NCBI GenBank assembly: GCA_963804645.1
Contig: CAWDRG010000005.1
Coordinates: 296,089 to 360,088 of the forward strand
From: an uncultured Bacillota bacterium
Lineage (GTDB): Bacteria > Sysuimicrobiota > Sysuimicrobiia > Sysuimicrobiales > Segetimicrobiaceae
Length of the DNA stretch: 64,000 nt
Direction: 5' to 3'
In this document: positions 52,893 through 64,000 of the stretch, piece by piece
Numbering within the stretch: position 1 is the first letter of the stretch
How the letters are laid out: the number at the start of each line of letters is the position of its first letter
Position numbers and translations under genes: made by a program
The notes under the pieces: model-generated
Seen by the model: the letters and a program-made list of their open reading frames with translations, nothing else
The model's database searches: none
What the model was told of the DNA's origin: nothing

Positions 52893-54557
52893 GAGCGCGC
52901 GTACGCTGGAACGGCCCATTCTGCATCCCGGGCCGTGTGCGCCACAATCGAGAATGACCGCGAGAGGTTACGCACCCGGACCCGCTCGTCGACCCGCGCC
53001 TTGTCCCTGATCCTCCCGTCCGCCCAGCACCACGTCCGTTGCAGCGATTCCACCAGGGACACGAGCGCCCGAGCCAGCACCCGCGGCATCTTGGGAACCG
53101 GCCTGTTGCGGGCGACGGCCACCAACGCGGGCCAAGCCGGATTGGGGGCGATCGCGCCGATCGCGAACCCGCCGCAGTCGACGAAATTCGAGGTCCCGAG
53201 ACGGGCGTGATGGTCGACGCTGTGGCTGTGGTACGATTCCACTACGGGCACACCCCCAATCAGGGTGGCGTCCAGCGACTCATCCTTCAGTCCGACATAC
53301 TCGAAGCGTGCTCGCACATCTCGCGGTGGCGCGCAGTGCCGCGACCCCACAGCGGCTCGGCCGGGGCGCGCGCGACTGTGGATCAACTTGCACACGGCGG
53401 ACCCCCGCTCTCGATGCGTCGGGTGCCGCTGGAGCCGCGCCGGACGCCGCGGAGTACGGCGGGATCAGGAAGTCGCGGAAATGGTCGGGATCACCGTCCA
53501 TGCCCGCCTCGGCCGCTTTTGCGATGTTGTATGCCTCGCGCGCCGTCACGTAGTGCAGCCGGTACGCCCGACCATCATTGTACACGCGTTCGAAGCCGGA
53601 GAAGAACTCATGCATGCCGTCTCCAAGCAGCAGGTCGAGGGTCTCCGCATCCTGACACCCGTGAGTGTGCACCTTGACAAAAATCCAATCCGGGCGCCCG
53701 GGAACGTGCACGGCCGAGCGCACCCACTGGGCCGCCCGCGCCAGTGAGGGAGGATTGTTGGCGCTGATATCGCTCCCACCGAGCGCCGGGCCCTGAAAGA
53801 TGACGAGGGCGTCTTCGCCCGACCGTCCCACGCGCAGATCGCGGCCGGTATTGTGGGACTTCGGCCGGCGCGGATCGTCAGGGGCATAGTAGATGCTGTT
53901 GATCTTGGCCGGCTGCATGGCCCCCCAGGCGGGAAACGTGAAATCCGCGTAGCAGCCCGTGTCGAGCAGTACCTCGAGCTCGTTGTTGACGCCGCACCAG
54001 CCGTAATCGCCGCGCATTCGACGGCTGTTGTCGAGCGCCCATGCGCCGTGAATGACGGCATACCGCGCCTCGACCCCACGCGTCGGTCCGCACCCCGGCC
54101 CGCTCGAAATCGAGCAGCGCGGCGCCGATCAACTCCCGCAGCTGCGGACCGGACTCCACCTCGTCGAACACATTGTGGCGCGCCCGGCCTGCGGCGTACC
54201 CGCGGCCATGGTGAAGGTGCAGTTCGATTTCCCCGCAGCCTTGTTCGCATGCCTCCCGGAGGGTGTGTAGCAGCGGCACATTGTCGGTTTCGTCCGAGTA
54301 CAGGTAAAACCACGTGTGTTGCGGCGGGTGCCCGCCGCTGTCGGCGTGCCGCAGCGCCACCCGGGGGTACTCCTCCACCCACCGCTGCACCTCGGATCGG
54401 GTGAGCGTGAGCGCACGTCCCTCGAAGTGGTCACAGAACAGAAACATGACGTGGATCGGCCTGGGGCGCGGCCGTAGGCCGCGCAGTCGCCGAGCCCCCC
54501 GAGGAACTTCAGGGCCTCCCACACATGGCGCGGTGTGCTGTAGCGGTTGATAAGCAT
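52889..54557 (-). CDS. Conserved hypothetical polysaccharide-locus protein (His-rich, deacetylase-like); multiple frameshifts
   Basis: Joined frames give CDHFE, QHTWFY, GEIELHLHHG, HGAWALDNS, CGVNNEL..L.DTGCYADFTFP, FVKVHTHG and LHYVTAREAYNI.KAAEAG. Confidence 0.6.
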
Positions 54558-54559
54558 CA

Positions 54560-55802
54560 CGCGTCCCTTGAAGGTTCCGACGCCGGGCGTTTGGACGCTC
54601 GCGGTGTCGCGTGCTGGGCCCTGAGCGCCGCGCGCAGACGCGGGGCGAGGTGCGTCCCACGACAAGCTCTCCGCCGACGCTGCGGCAGCGCGCGCGCACC
54701 TCGGCCTCGCGCGCTAGCGCCACCACTGCATCCAGCGCGCCCGGCCAGGTCGCCGGGTCGTCGGGCTCCATCACGACGCCGACGCGGCGCGCGTCACGAG
54801 CCGCGAGTAATCGCCCACGTAGGTGACGTAATCACGGGTACCCCGCACGCGAGGTACTCCGCGAACTTGACCGGGGCCGACACTTCATTGATGACGGTCC
54901 CTTTTCGAAGGAGAAACGCCGCGTCGGCAACCGCCAGCTGCTGCCCGACGTCGGTATGCGGCACGGTCTTGACCCGGTACGCGTTCGGGTCGAGGTCGAC
55001 GAGCGCCTGGCGCCACACCTCACGTCTGGTGAGAGCACCAGCAGGAACGCCTCGGGCAGCCGTGCCCGCGCCATCCGATAGAAGGCGACCGTCTCGTCGA
55101 TGCATTGCCACGGGGCTGCCCCGCCACTGTACACGAAGACGAACCGATCCGATACCCCGGCGGCCCGGCGCAGCTCCGCACGTTCGCGCGGCATAATCCG
55201 GAAACCGTGATAGGTGGACGCCGCAGGGTACCACGACGGTGTGCCGCACCCCGTATTCACGGCGGCAGTACTCCGCCATGCGCTCGGAGACCACCACCAC
55301 CGCGTCGAAGTGCCGCAGGAACCGGCGCTCCAGGTGCTTATTCAGGGCGAACTTCCAGCGGTCGACCTTCGCGGCCGGTGAGCAGGAACTCCTCGGCGAT
55401 CCCATGATGGACGTAGAGACACCGGGAGTACTTGCCGCGGAGGAACGGGCCGAGCGGCAGCAGCCCGGCCCGACGATGACGCAGGCAGTGCTCCGGCCGG
55501 CTTCGCTGCGCGCCATGCGCCAGCCGAGAAGTTGGCCCACACTAGCTCAAAGAACCGCCACAGTACCGCCGGCAGCGCGCCGGCCCAACGGCCCAGCGGC
55601 GGCGCGGCAATCTCGAACGAGGGCGCCTCGTCAGCGGCGGCGGCGGATTCGGTCACGCGCTGTTGGAGAAACACCGCCCGCACCGTATCGCCCTCACGCC
55701 GCAACGCGTCGACGAGCGCGCTCGAGTAGACGCGGGCGCCGCGCGACCCCTGAATGTCGCCGAACCCGAAACACAAAAGACGCCCGGGAGCCGGTCGGTC
55801 AT
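54560..55802 (-). CDS. GT4-like glycosyltransferase; multiple frameshifts, 3' end approximate
   Basis: VVVVSERM, VVPCGV, FVYSGGAAPWQ and SAPVKFAEYLACGVPVI. Confidence 0.7.
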
Positions 55803-56997
55803 GCGACCGCGACGGGCGCCGGGCTGTACAGCGCGTCCAGGCGATCGACGATAGAGGACCACGCGTACCGTTCCAGCACCGTCGCCCGCGCCTCGTTCGC
55901 CGAGGTGCGCTCTCCGTTCGGCGTTGCTCAGGAGGGCGATCGTGCGGTCGGCAAACGCCTCTGGGATCCCCGGCGAGCTCGATGTCGCGTCCGACCGAAC
56001 GTCCAACCCTTCTGCCCCAGCGGGGTCGAGACGACCGGTTTCGCCATCGCCATCGCCTCGAGGATCTTCAGCCGCGTGCCTGACCCCATGCGCAACGGGA
56101 CGACGGCGACCGCCGCGCGAGCCAGATATGGCCGCACGTCCGGAACGCGTCCCGTCACCTCCACGCCGGGCAACCGCTGGAGCGCCTGAATCTCGGGGCC
56201 CGGGTGCTGACCTACGATCGAGAGCTGCACCGAAGGGACGGCGGCGCGAATGCGTGGCAGGACCTGGCGGCAAAAGAACACCATCGCGTCGACGTTGGGC
56301 GCGTACGTAAAACTCGCGGTGAACACCAGACTATCGGGCTGCACCGTCTGCGTCGAGGGCGTGAACTCGTCCGGGTCCACCCCATTCGGGATCACCGAGA
56401 CGTGCGCGCGCGGAGCGAGCCGCCGCAGCCGCGCGGCATCGACGTCCGACACCGCGAGGCAGTGGGTGAAGGCCGACAGGATCCGCCGCTCGTATCCGGG
56501 CAGCTTCAGTGCGTCCGTGAGCGTGAGCGCCTGTGCGAGACCGGGGCGCAGACCGCTGTGCGAGCCGCCACGCGAGGGCAGACTCGACGTTGTGCATGTC
56601 GAGCACGGTGGCAACGCCGGGCAGCTGCACGGCAAGGTGCGCCGCGTGGAGCATCTCGACCTGGACCACATCGAAGTGCTGGCGTGCGACCAGGGCGTGG
56701 AACTCGGCCCGAAACGCGGCCGAGGACATGACCCACCGGTAGTACGGGGTGCGGGACAGCAGCCCCGCGGCATGCATGCGGAGGGACCGGGGCGATTCCG
56801 GGACCAGCACGGGCACCACCGCACGGCAGTACGCGGCGAGATCCGGGACGTACGCGCGCTCTTCCTCGGCGTTGATCGCCGACAGCAGCGTCACCTCGTG
56901 ACGCTGCGACAGCCCCCGCAGGAGGTGGAAATATCCGAATCCGGCCGCCGGACGAAGGAGGGTGCGGCAGGAACGGCGAGACGAGCAGCACGCGCAT
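55799..56997 (-). CDS. GT4 glycosyltransferase; frameshifted
   Basis: MRVLLVSPFLPHPPSSGGRIR, MHNVES, VIPNGVD, PNVDAM and GSGTRLKILEAMA. Confidence 0.82.
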
Positions 56998-57406
56998 CAG
57001 CGGGCGGCTCCGGTACCGGATCACGACACCGTGGCGCTCGCGGATAAAATCACCGGCGGCGCTCGCGTGGTCTGGGGGCGGCGGGCGGCACAGCCTGCCG
57101 GTGCATATGGGCGTCTCTCACGCATTACGTCGCTCTTCCCGGTCACGCCACGGGGCCCACGCCCGAGTATATGCTGCGATGATGACCAGAGCCAAGTGGA
57201 GCACGAGATCCCGCGGCGGGCTCCGCCTTCGGAGCCACCGCGGGCCTTGTCGAGGTCCGCGACATGTTCGTCCAATTTCCCCACCCTGCTCACGGAAGTA
57301 CTGGCGCCGCGCTCACTCGGTTCGCGCCCAGTTGTAACACCGGGCGCGCAATGCGTCGGCACATCGATTGTCGCGACACCCAGGAACGACAGATTCGTGC
57401 GTCGCA

Positions 57407-58605
57407 TCAGGGCAGCTTCGACTGCACCGGTTCTGCCCGCGCCACCGTGGCCCGCTTTCTGGCGAGCATCTCGACGTACAGGGCCGTGGTCTGCTCCGCC
57501 ATCGCGCCAACGCTAAAACGCTGCTCGACAACGCGGCGTGCCCGCGCGGCCATCGCTCGCGCTGCTCACGGGATCACGGAGCAACGTCAGCATGCGTTCA
57601 GCCAGCCGATTCGTATCTCCTGGAGGCACCAAGTATCCCGATTGTCCGTCAACGATCTGTTCCCGCAACTGGGCTAAGTCCGTCGCAACCACCGGGGTCC
57701 CGAGCGCCATGGCCTCCAGCGTCACGAACGGAAAGCCCTCGTTCGCCGTGGCGAGGACAAACACATCCAACGCGCCGACAATCCGGCCGGCATCGTGGCG
57801 GTACCCGAGGAAGAGCACCCGATCGTCCAGTCCGGTCTCCCGAACAATGCGGGTCAGCACGGCTCGCTGCGTCTCTTCTCCATCACCGACGATCAAGAAA
57901 TGCGCGTCGGGCACCGCGACACTCACCTGCCGCGCCGCCGCGAGGAAGTCCTCATAGCGCTTCTGCTTCAAGTCGATTCGTGCCACCATACCCACGAGCG
58001 GTGTGTTTGGACTGACACCCAGTTCGCGGCGCACGCCGTCACGATCGGCGGGCGCCGCCGACTCAGGGAGTTCGACGCCGTTGTAGATTGTCACGATCTT
58101 GGATGCGGCGATACCCGCATCTTTGATCAATCGTTCACGCACGTGTTCGCTCGAGGCGATGATCCGCGCTTGCAGTGCCGCCAGTGCGCGCTTGACGATT
58201 CGGGCGCGCGGCGATTGGAATACCCAGGAGGCGGGGCCAACTGCTCCGTTGAGACGACGGCAGGGCACGCGGCGAGACGCGCGGCGAGGAATGCGTAGCG
58301 GTTGTCAAGCGTGAACGGAAGAACAACATGCACGAGCTGCGGAGATAGTCTTCGCAAGCGACCGACTAGCCCCGACAAAGCCCGCAACTCCCCTTTGCTC
58401 CGGGGCATCACCTGGTATTCGACGGAAGCACCCGCCCTCGCTAACGCCGCTTCGAGCGGTAGGTCTCTTGCTGCGGGCGACAATACCACGTGGGGGCGAA
58501 CCGATTCGCGTCAAGATGGCGCACCAGGGTCGTCAGGTAGAGTTCGGTCCCACCCATGGCGGCCGTATGCAGGATGTATGCGATACGCACTGCCGCGTCG
58601 CTCAT
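57407..58605 (-). CDS. GT4 glycosyltransferase; frameshifted
   Basis: IAYILHTAAMGGTE, IYNGV, VGMVARI and EGFPFVTLEAMALG. Confidence 0.82.
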
Positions 58606-59598
58606 CCAGACACCCTGAGTCCAGCCTCACTTGAGCCATATCGCACGAATCGCAACACACACACTCCCAGGTGCACCGGATGTCGCGCCGCGCGACTCAT
58701 GATCATAGCATCCCTGGCGAGGTGTTTTGGCTCGCTTACCTACAACCCCCTTCGTTCGTACGATGCTTTTCGCGCCGTTTGTTCAGCTTGACAGATTTAT
58801 CGAATATATGCGAACAAATGTCCGATCCTTCAAATGCGACAACTTGTGGAACGCATAACGCAACGTGGAATGGCTCTGCCCACGTCCTTGGCATCGGGCG
58901 CAATAGATTTTGTGCAACGTCGCCACCGGTATCACACAATAAGGACGGAACAGTTGGATCCCCGTTCTCCTTCTTTGGAGTAGATCTTCCTCGAGCCGGC
59001 GAGCTCCGAATCCGGCAGCCAACGACTACGGGCCACCACAGTCGCGCCAGCAAGGCGCACAACACTGGACGACATGTGTCCACCCAGTCGCGCCCAGCCG
59101 TCGGGGGGACCGGGCCCTCGCGAGGAGGATTAGGCAAGCCGCACCCGTAGTACATTCTCCTATAATGGCCTTACGCGACCACGTGGAGATTGCACCCACG
59201 ACGTTCAGTCCGGCTGGGCGGGATGGGGTGACAATCGCCTCATCCGGCCGAGCTTCAGCTACAGCCTCCGAGCCGCGCACGGCTGCACATGATACCTTCG
59301 ACACCTCGAATACCCCAAAGATAGCCTTCCGGACACTCTTCCCGTGTCGCCGGCAGCGCTTATGTATGGAAAACCCATCACGAGTCCCTTTGCTTCGCTG
59401 AACGATTGCTAGCTATAAGACGAACATACGATCGTATTGGATAGGTTAAGCCAGTAAGGATGGCGCACTATCGCAAGCCACGTGCTCAAACTGATCAAAG
59501 GAAGGATAGCGATTCGACGGGCCAACCCATACTATTAGCCATGTGAACCCCTCACAGAAGGGCACATCTGGGGAGGAGATTCGAACATCAGCGGACGG

Positions 59599-60344
59599 AT
59601 GCTACTGAAAGTCGCTACGATGGTGTTTGTTTTCGGCATGGGACTCGCGCTTCGGCGCAACCGCAGCGGGCACCGTTACCGTGACCCTGACGGAGATATG
59701 TGGCTAAACCAACCTACTTCCGTGTCGATGAATGCGACGCTCCCGACGCCTGCCTCGCTTCCCGGATCTCCAATTTACGGCGACATCGTCGGACGACCTG
59801 TTCTTCAGCTCGTGCCTGACTCTCCACTTCCGGCGGAGTGTGTACTGGGAGCCAAGTAACGCGTATACCGTCGGGTCCGTGGTTGGCTACCACGCCCGTC
59901 GTCGGTACACAGGTCGTGAATAAACTTCTCCAGCCCCAGCGGATTCGGAGGTGGCGAATGCCATAAAGGCGAATACCGGTGGACAACTCTTACATGTCCC
60001 TCACCGGGACCGTGAACGTGACGAGGGGTGGAAATGTTCGCCCGTCACCCATGATGACGGCGCGTCGTTCTTCTACGTTAACGGTGTGGCGCATCCCAGG
60101 AATCAGCGGCGGTCCGACAGCGCCGATTCAAGATATTCATCACGTACACCGGCCCGACCCTGAATAACGCGAACCTTCAGATCATCTACTCCGAGTGCTG
60201 CGGTTGCTCCTGCGGTGCTGGAAACTAACCTGCCGAACGGTGGCGGGTTGTTGCCCGTCCCTGATCCCGAGCACCGGGTTGCTGATGGGTACTGGCCTCC
60301 TCGGGATGGTTGGGGCGTTGCGGAGGCGTGGAAAGTTGCTCTAG
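59599..60344 (+). pseudogene. PEP-CTERM-type surface protein gene (VPDP variant), heavily frameshifted
   Basis: Signal-like start MLLKVATMVFVFGMGLAL; internal VTHDDG and IIYSECCG; C-terminus PVPDPSTGLLMGTGLLGMVGALRRRGKLL*. Confidence 0.75.
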
Positions 60345-60700
60345 GGGATAGCTGAAAAGGACGGTCCCGGCTCCGGGAGAAACCGCTGGCGAACGCCAGC
60401 GGTTTGGCCGACTGTCATACTACACTCCTCCCTCCGCCGATCTTTGCGGCCAGGCACGCTATCATGACTAGAGACACGGTCGAACCCACGGCCGTAATAA
60501 TGACGAGAGTGTTGTGCGCACCCATACGGCAGGATCGCCGCGCGATCCAAACGGCGGAAGCAGGCGCAATAGAGGTCCGCTTAGCCAGCAGGCCAAGTTT
60601 CCGGCAACAGTGCAGAGCAGTCTTGGAGAACGGCCTTCAACGAACCGTGAGATTTCGGCATCTCGGAATTTCACCGAAACGCGAGGTATTCAAACTCCGT

Positions 60701-61750
60701 TCAAGACTTTCGCCAGCGCGACGCGAACAACATCCCATGACGGTCAGATCGCTGGAAGAGAGTATTCTCCGCAGCAACAAGGTAGTCCGGAAGAGATTGC
60801 CCAGCATAGCCGAAGAAATTGTAGGTGAAATAGTCATCTACCTGCAACGGATCCAGATAACGCGTCAAAAACTCAAGTCCAATGCCAGCACCGAACCGCC
60901 CGGGTTGCCCAGGTACATGAAAGTCCGTCACCGCCCACACTTCCTGCGGAGTAAGTGCTCGACCAACGATGCCCCTACGGAGAAGCGTATCGTTCGTCGC
61001 CCGTACCACCGAATCCGCACCCGGCACCGGATCGCGCGATGGCACCCTTACAGACGTGTCGGGGCACCCCGCATCCTCTCGCCGCGGACTGAAACGCCGC
61101 ACCAGCCTGGTCAGCACGTGAGATCGGAAGGCGCCCCAACAATCGGTATCGCAACGCTCGCGCGGTACCCTGGTACCGTGCGAGCGATCTCCGGGACCTG
61201 AACACCACGTCCGACGAACTCTTCGCGCGTGGATCTGGCAGGTGATAAAGTACCCGCCCGGCCTGAGCATATGGGACATGCGTGACAGAATGGTCCAATT
61301 CGGCCACGTGGTGAAGCACACTGTTCACGGTAATAAGATCAAACGACCCGCGTACGGCGAGTGATTCGATCGTGCCGACCACAAGACACGCGCGAACTCC
61401 CCACGACGAACACGTAGCTTGCATTGCTCGATCATAGCCTCGCTAGGATCCAGGAGCACTGCCTGACCGATGCGATGCCCGATCAATCGACTGAGAATCG
61501 ATCCGACAAGGCCGGTCCCACATCCGACGTCGAGCCACCGAAGCGAGCGCGGTCCCCCATTCGACAGCGGCGACACAAGCCGTGCCCATTTGTCCGGCAG
61601 CTCGTGCACCGTATCGAGATGGAGCTGCTCATAGACCGGCGCCTCTGCGGCGTGATACGCGCGATTGACCTCCCAGTAGAATTCGCGCAAAGAGCCCATC
61701 GTGGCCCCGCACGCATCCATGAGCGGCTGAAGGGGACGGTATGGATCCAC
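60701..61750 (-). CDS. Class I SAM-dependent methyltransferase; frameshifted
   Basis: WLDVGCGTG, LDPSEAM and FDLITVNSVLHHV spread over three frames. Confidence 0.72.
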
Positions 61751-61789
61751 AGAATCCTTACGCCATAGCAGTCAGTCGACCCTTCCGAC

Positions 61790-63137
61790 CTAGCTGCGCC
61801 CCGTACCCGGATAACGGTGCGGGTGCGCTGTCTTCGCCACGCCCGTCGCCTCATTGAGTGAGGGGAGAAGATTGAACATTGCTCTCGACACGGCCGCTGT
61901 TGATAGCTCGGTCTGGGTCGAGAGGGGCCGAAATCGGCGACCGGTCCATGCGGACAAAGTGCGCAGATATACTGCCTCTCGCCGCGCGGCTGCCCGCTCG
62001 GGGCTGAAGCGGTCCTGAACACCCTGATAGGCACGCTCGCCCATCACGTTCGCCAACGTAGGATCCCTCAGCAAACGAATCATCGCGGCTGCCCATTGGG
62101 TCGGATCTTCCGGATCCACCAAGATACCGGTCTCCCCCTCTCTAATGATGTCGCGTAGCGGTCGATCCGTGAGCGCGATCACCGGTCTGCCCGCTGCCAT
62201 GGCCTCCGTAGCGACCAAGCCAAAGGTCTCCACCTGGATGGCACCACGCAGACTCTGGCCTGCCCACGAAGCGGCTCGATCTCCGCGCGCTCGAGCCTGC
62301 CCTTCCATTCCATCGACGACCCCACGCCTGAAGCGTCCGCAATCGCCCGCAACTTTTCCATATCTCCATTGTCTTTCCCAACAAAGATGAACTTCGCGTC
62401 CGGGACCTCCTTGAGTACCAGCGGCGCGGCGCGCACGATCACCGCTGGGTTCTTGTTTGCCTCAAGCCGCCCCACAAACAGAACCCACGGACGCGTGCGG
62501 CTCACAGGAGTGCCGCGATGTCCTCGCAAGGCATCGGATGCGGCACGATCGTCACGCTCTTGCCAGCCATGGAGCGCCCCAGACGGCCGTTCGGAAGCGA
62601 CCCCACCGTGGCCGCCGTGATGTGATCAGACCTCCGGATACAAATGCTCTCCAGGAAAATCGCCAAGCGCATGTCGCGATCCAACGGCCAGTGGTAAACG
62701 CGCTGCACGTCGGCCAACGAACCGTGCAGGTGTGTGACCACGGGGCACTGGCGCGCGAACGAGAAAGCCAATCCTTCCGCCATCCACTCAGGAGCTTCAA
62801 CGATATCAAATTTTAGCCTCAGGCGCCTATAGGCGAAATAATTGGACAGAGTGGTTCGAAGCCGCTGCCTCGTCAATGGCACTCGATACCGTATCCGTTC
62901 GTCCAAAGGAGTCCATAGCCATTGACCGCAACGGTGCACATAGACATCTTGATCCCGGTAATGTCGCTCGGCTTGTCCTTCTACAGTCGAGAGAACGTGC
63001 ACCTCATGTCCGCGGTGCGCCAGTGCCCGCGCCGTTATTTGGACATACGTCGCGATGCCACCCCACCCGGTCTCTGGCGGATACTCCTGCGACAGGAAAA
63101 GGATCCTTAGCCTATTCCCTGGCATCGGCGTCATCAT
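61790..63137 (-). CDS. GT4 glycosyltransferase; frameshifted
   Basis: LFLSQEYPPETGWGGIATY, LFVGRLEANK and ETFGLVATEAMAAG. Confidence 0.85.
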
Positions 63138-64000
63138 CGTACCTCCGCTCGACCATCACGCAGGTCCGCCGAGCGTGATTAGCGATATGCTCTTGCCCGT
63201 TACCAAAGCTCCCACGCCGTCATGGCAAGGATCTCCTCACCCAATATCGGACGCTTCCCTTTCTTCATTGGCGCAGCTTGGTAGGGTTGCCTTCGCTCCG
63301 CATGATGTTTTTTCATCGTTTTATTGGACGGGATCCTTCGATTGATCCACCAAATACCGATCACTCTGTTCGCGTATCCGTTCGGCTCTTCCACCTTCCG
63401 ACGCCGTTCGCTGGCTTTTCCGGTGCAAAAGCCTGCTCGGAGAATTGGCATGTAGACGGGCCTTCTCCTGGTGCACGAGACCAGAGCGGTGTGGCCCGGA
63501 CCTATCAAGCGGGAGCGGGCTGGTCGGGTCGATGGGAAAACAGACGAACGTTGTGGGCGAGGGGACGTCCCAGCCGGTCCAGCGCTCGCTTCCGCTGAAG
63601 CGCCGATACCGGCATCGATCTAAACCGTCACTAGACGTTTGAGGACACTGACGCGTCCTTCTGATAACCAGTGCGGCCATCGCTGTCCGCGGCGGAACCA
63701 CCGCTGGTGCTGTCGCTGTCGTTGCGTTTTGGAGGGACATCCGGTCGCGGGGACATACACACTCACGCTTCACGCCGGCCTCTTCAGCCTGATCTCGGTT
63801 CTTCCACGACCAGCTGCAATCGCTCCCGGTCTTGGCTCGCGCTGCCCCGCCTCGCGCGTCCAATTTCACGGACCCGGCAATTCGCCGCCCGCAGCCGACT
63901 GCGAATACCCAGGCCCGCCCGGCCCGTCGCGGCAGCCACGCGCAACGCTGTTCGCGTCAGCACGCGGATCCCATCCATGAGCAATGTGGAGTCGGCCGGA

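Noticed and set aside
59461..59475. Sigma-54 promoter (TGGCGC...CGCA) upstream of the PEP-CTERM-type gene
   Set aside because: The GG-to-GC spacing is one base short of the strict -24/-12 requirement.
59542..59556. CRP/FNR-like site TGTGA-ACCCC-TCACA
   Set aside because: The spacer is 5 nt rather than 6. A homopolymer error is possible but cannot be shown.
63200..64000. Coding features at the right edge
   Set aside because: Only short ORFs without recognisable motifs; a gene 3' end may enter from outside the window but cannot be supported.

Overview
High-GC bacterial DNA with many single-base frameshifts, probably long-read assembly errors at least in part. (1) A minus-strand envelope gene run (GldAFG-like ABC system, DUF4340 protein, phosphodiester glycosidase, TPR lytic transglycosylase, S9 peptidase) is split by an 11.07-kb nested insertion at 5238-16311 that resolves at nucleotide level into six elements. 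These are an IS701-family host (CTAG duplication), an ISL3 (8-bp duplication), a group II intron inside the ISL3 transposase, a two-gene 22-bp-TIR element (DUF6788-like protein plus transposase), a transposase-less 2.5-kb cargo element with palindromic ends carrying a PEP-CTERM gene, and a second group II intron inside the IS701 terminal repeat whose candidate EBS1 is complementary to the IS end. (2) The middle holds a GHL10-like hydrolase, a Doc-like TA pair, a cold-shock protein, a Mo-hydroxylase/flavoprotein trio, an LCP protein and a Zn-dependent dehydrogenase. (3) About 31.7-64 kb is a polysaccharide/glycosylation locus (WecA-like, DegT, PIG-L, WbqC, epimerases, GT4s, GT2, CapK-like, methyltransferases). 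It contains a diverged 3.7-kb tandem duplication, three Tat-signal beta-propeller-like genes and a frameshifted second PEP-CTERM gene. No rRNA, tRNA or CRISPR array was seen. Family assignments come from motif recognition, not database searches.
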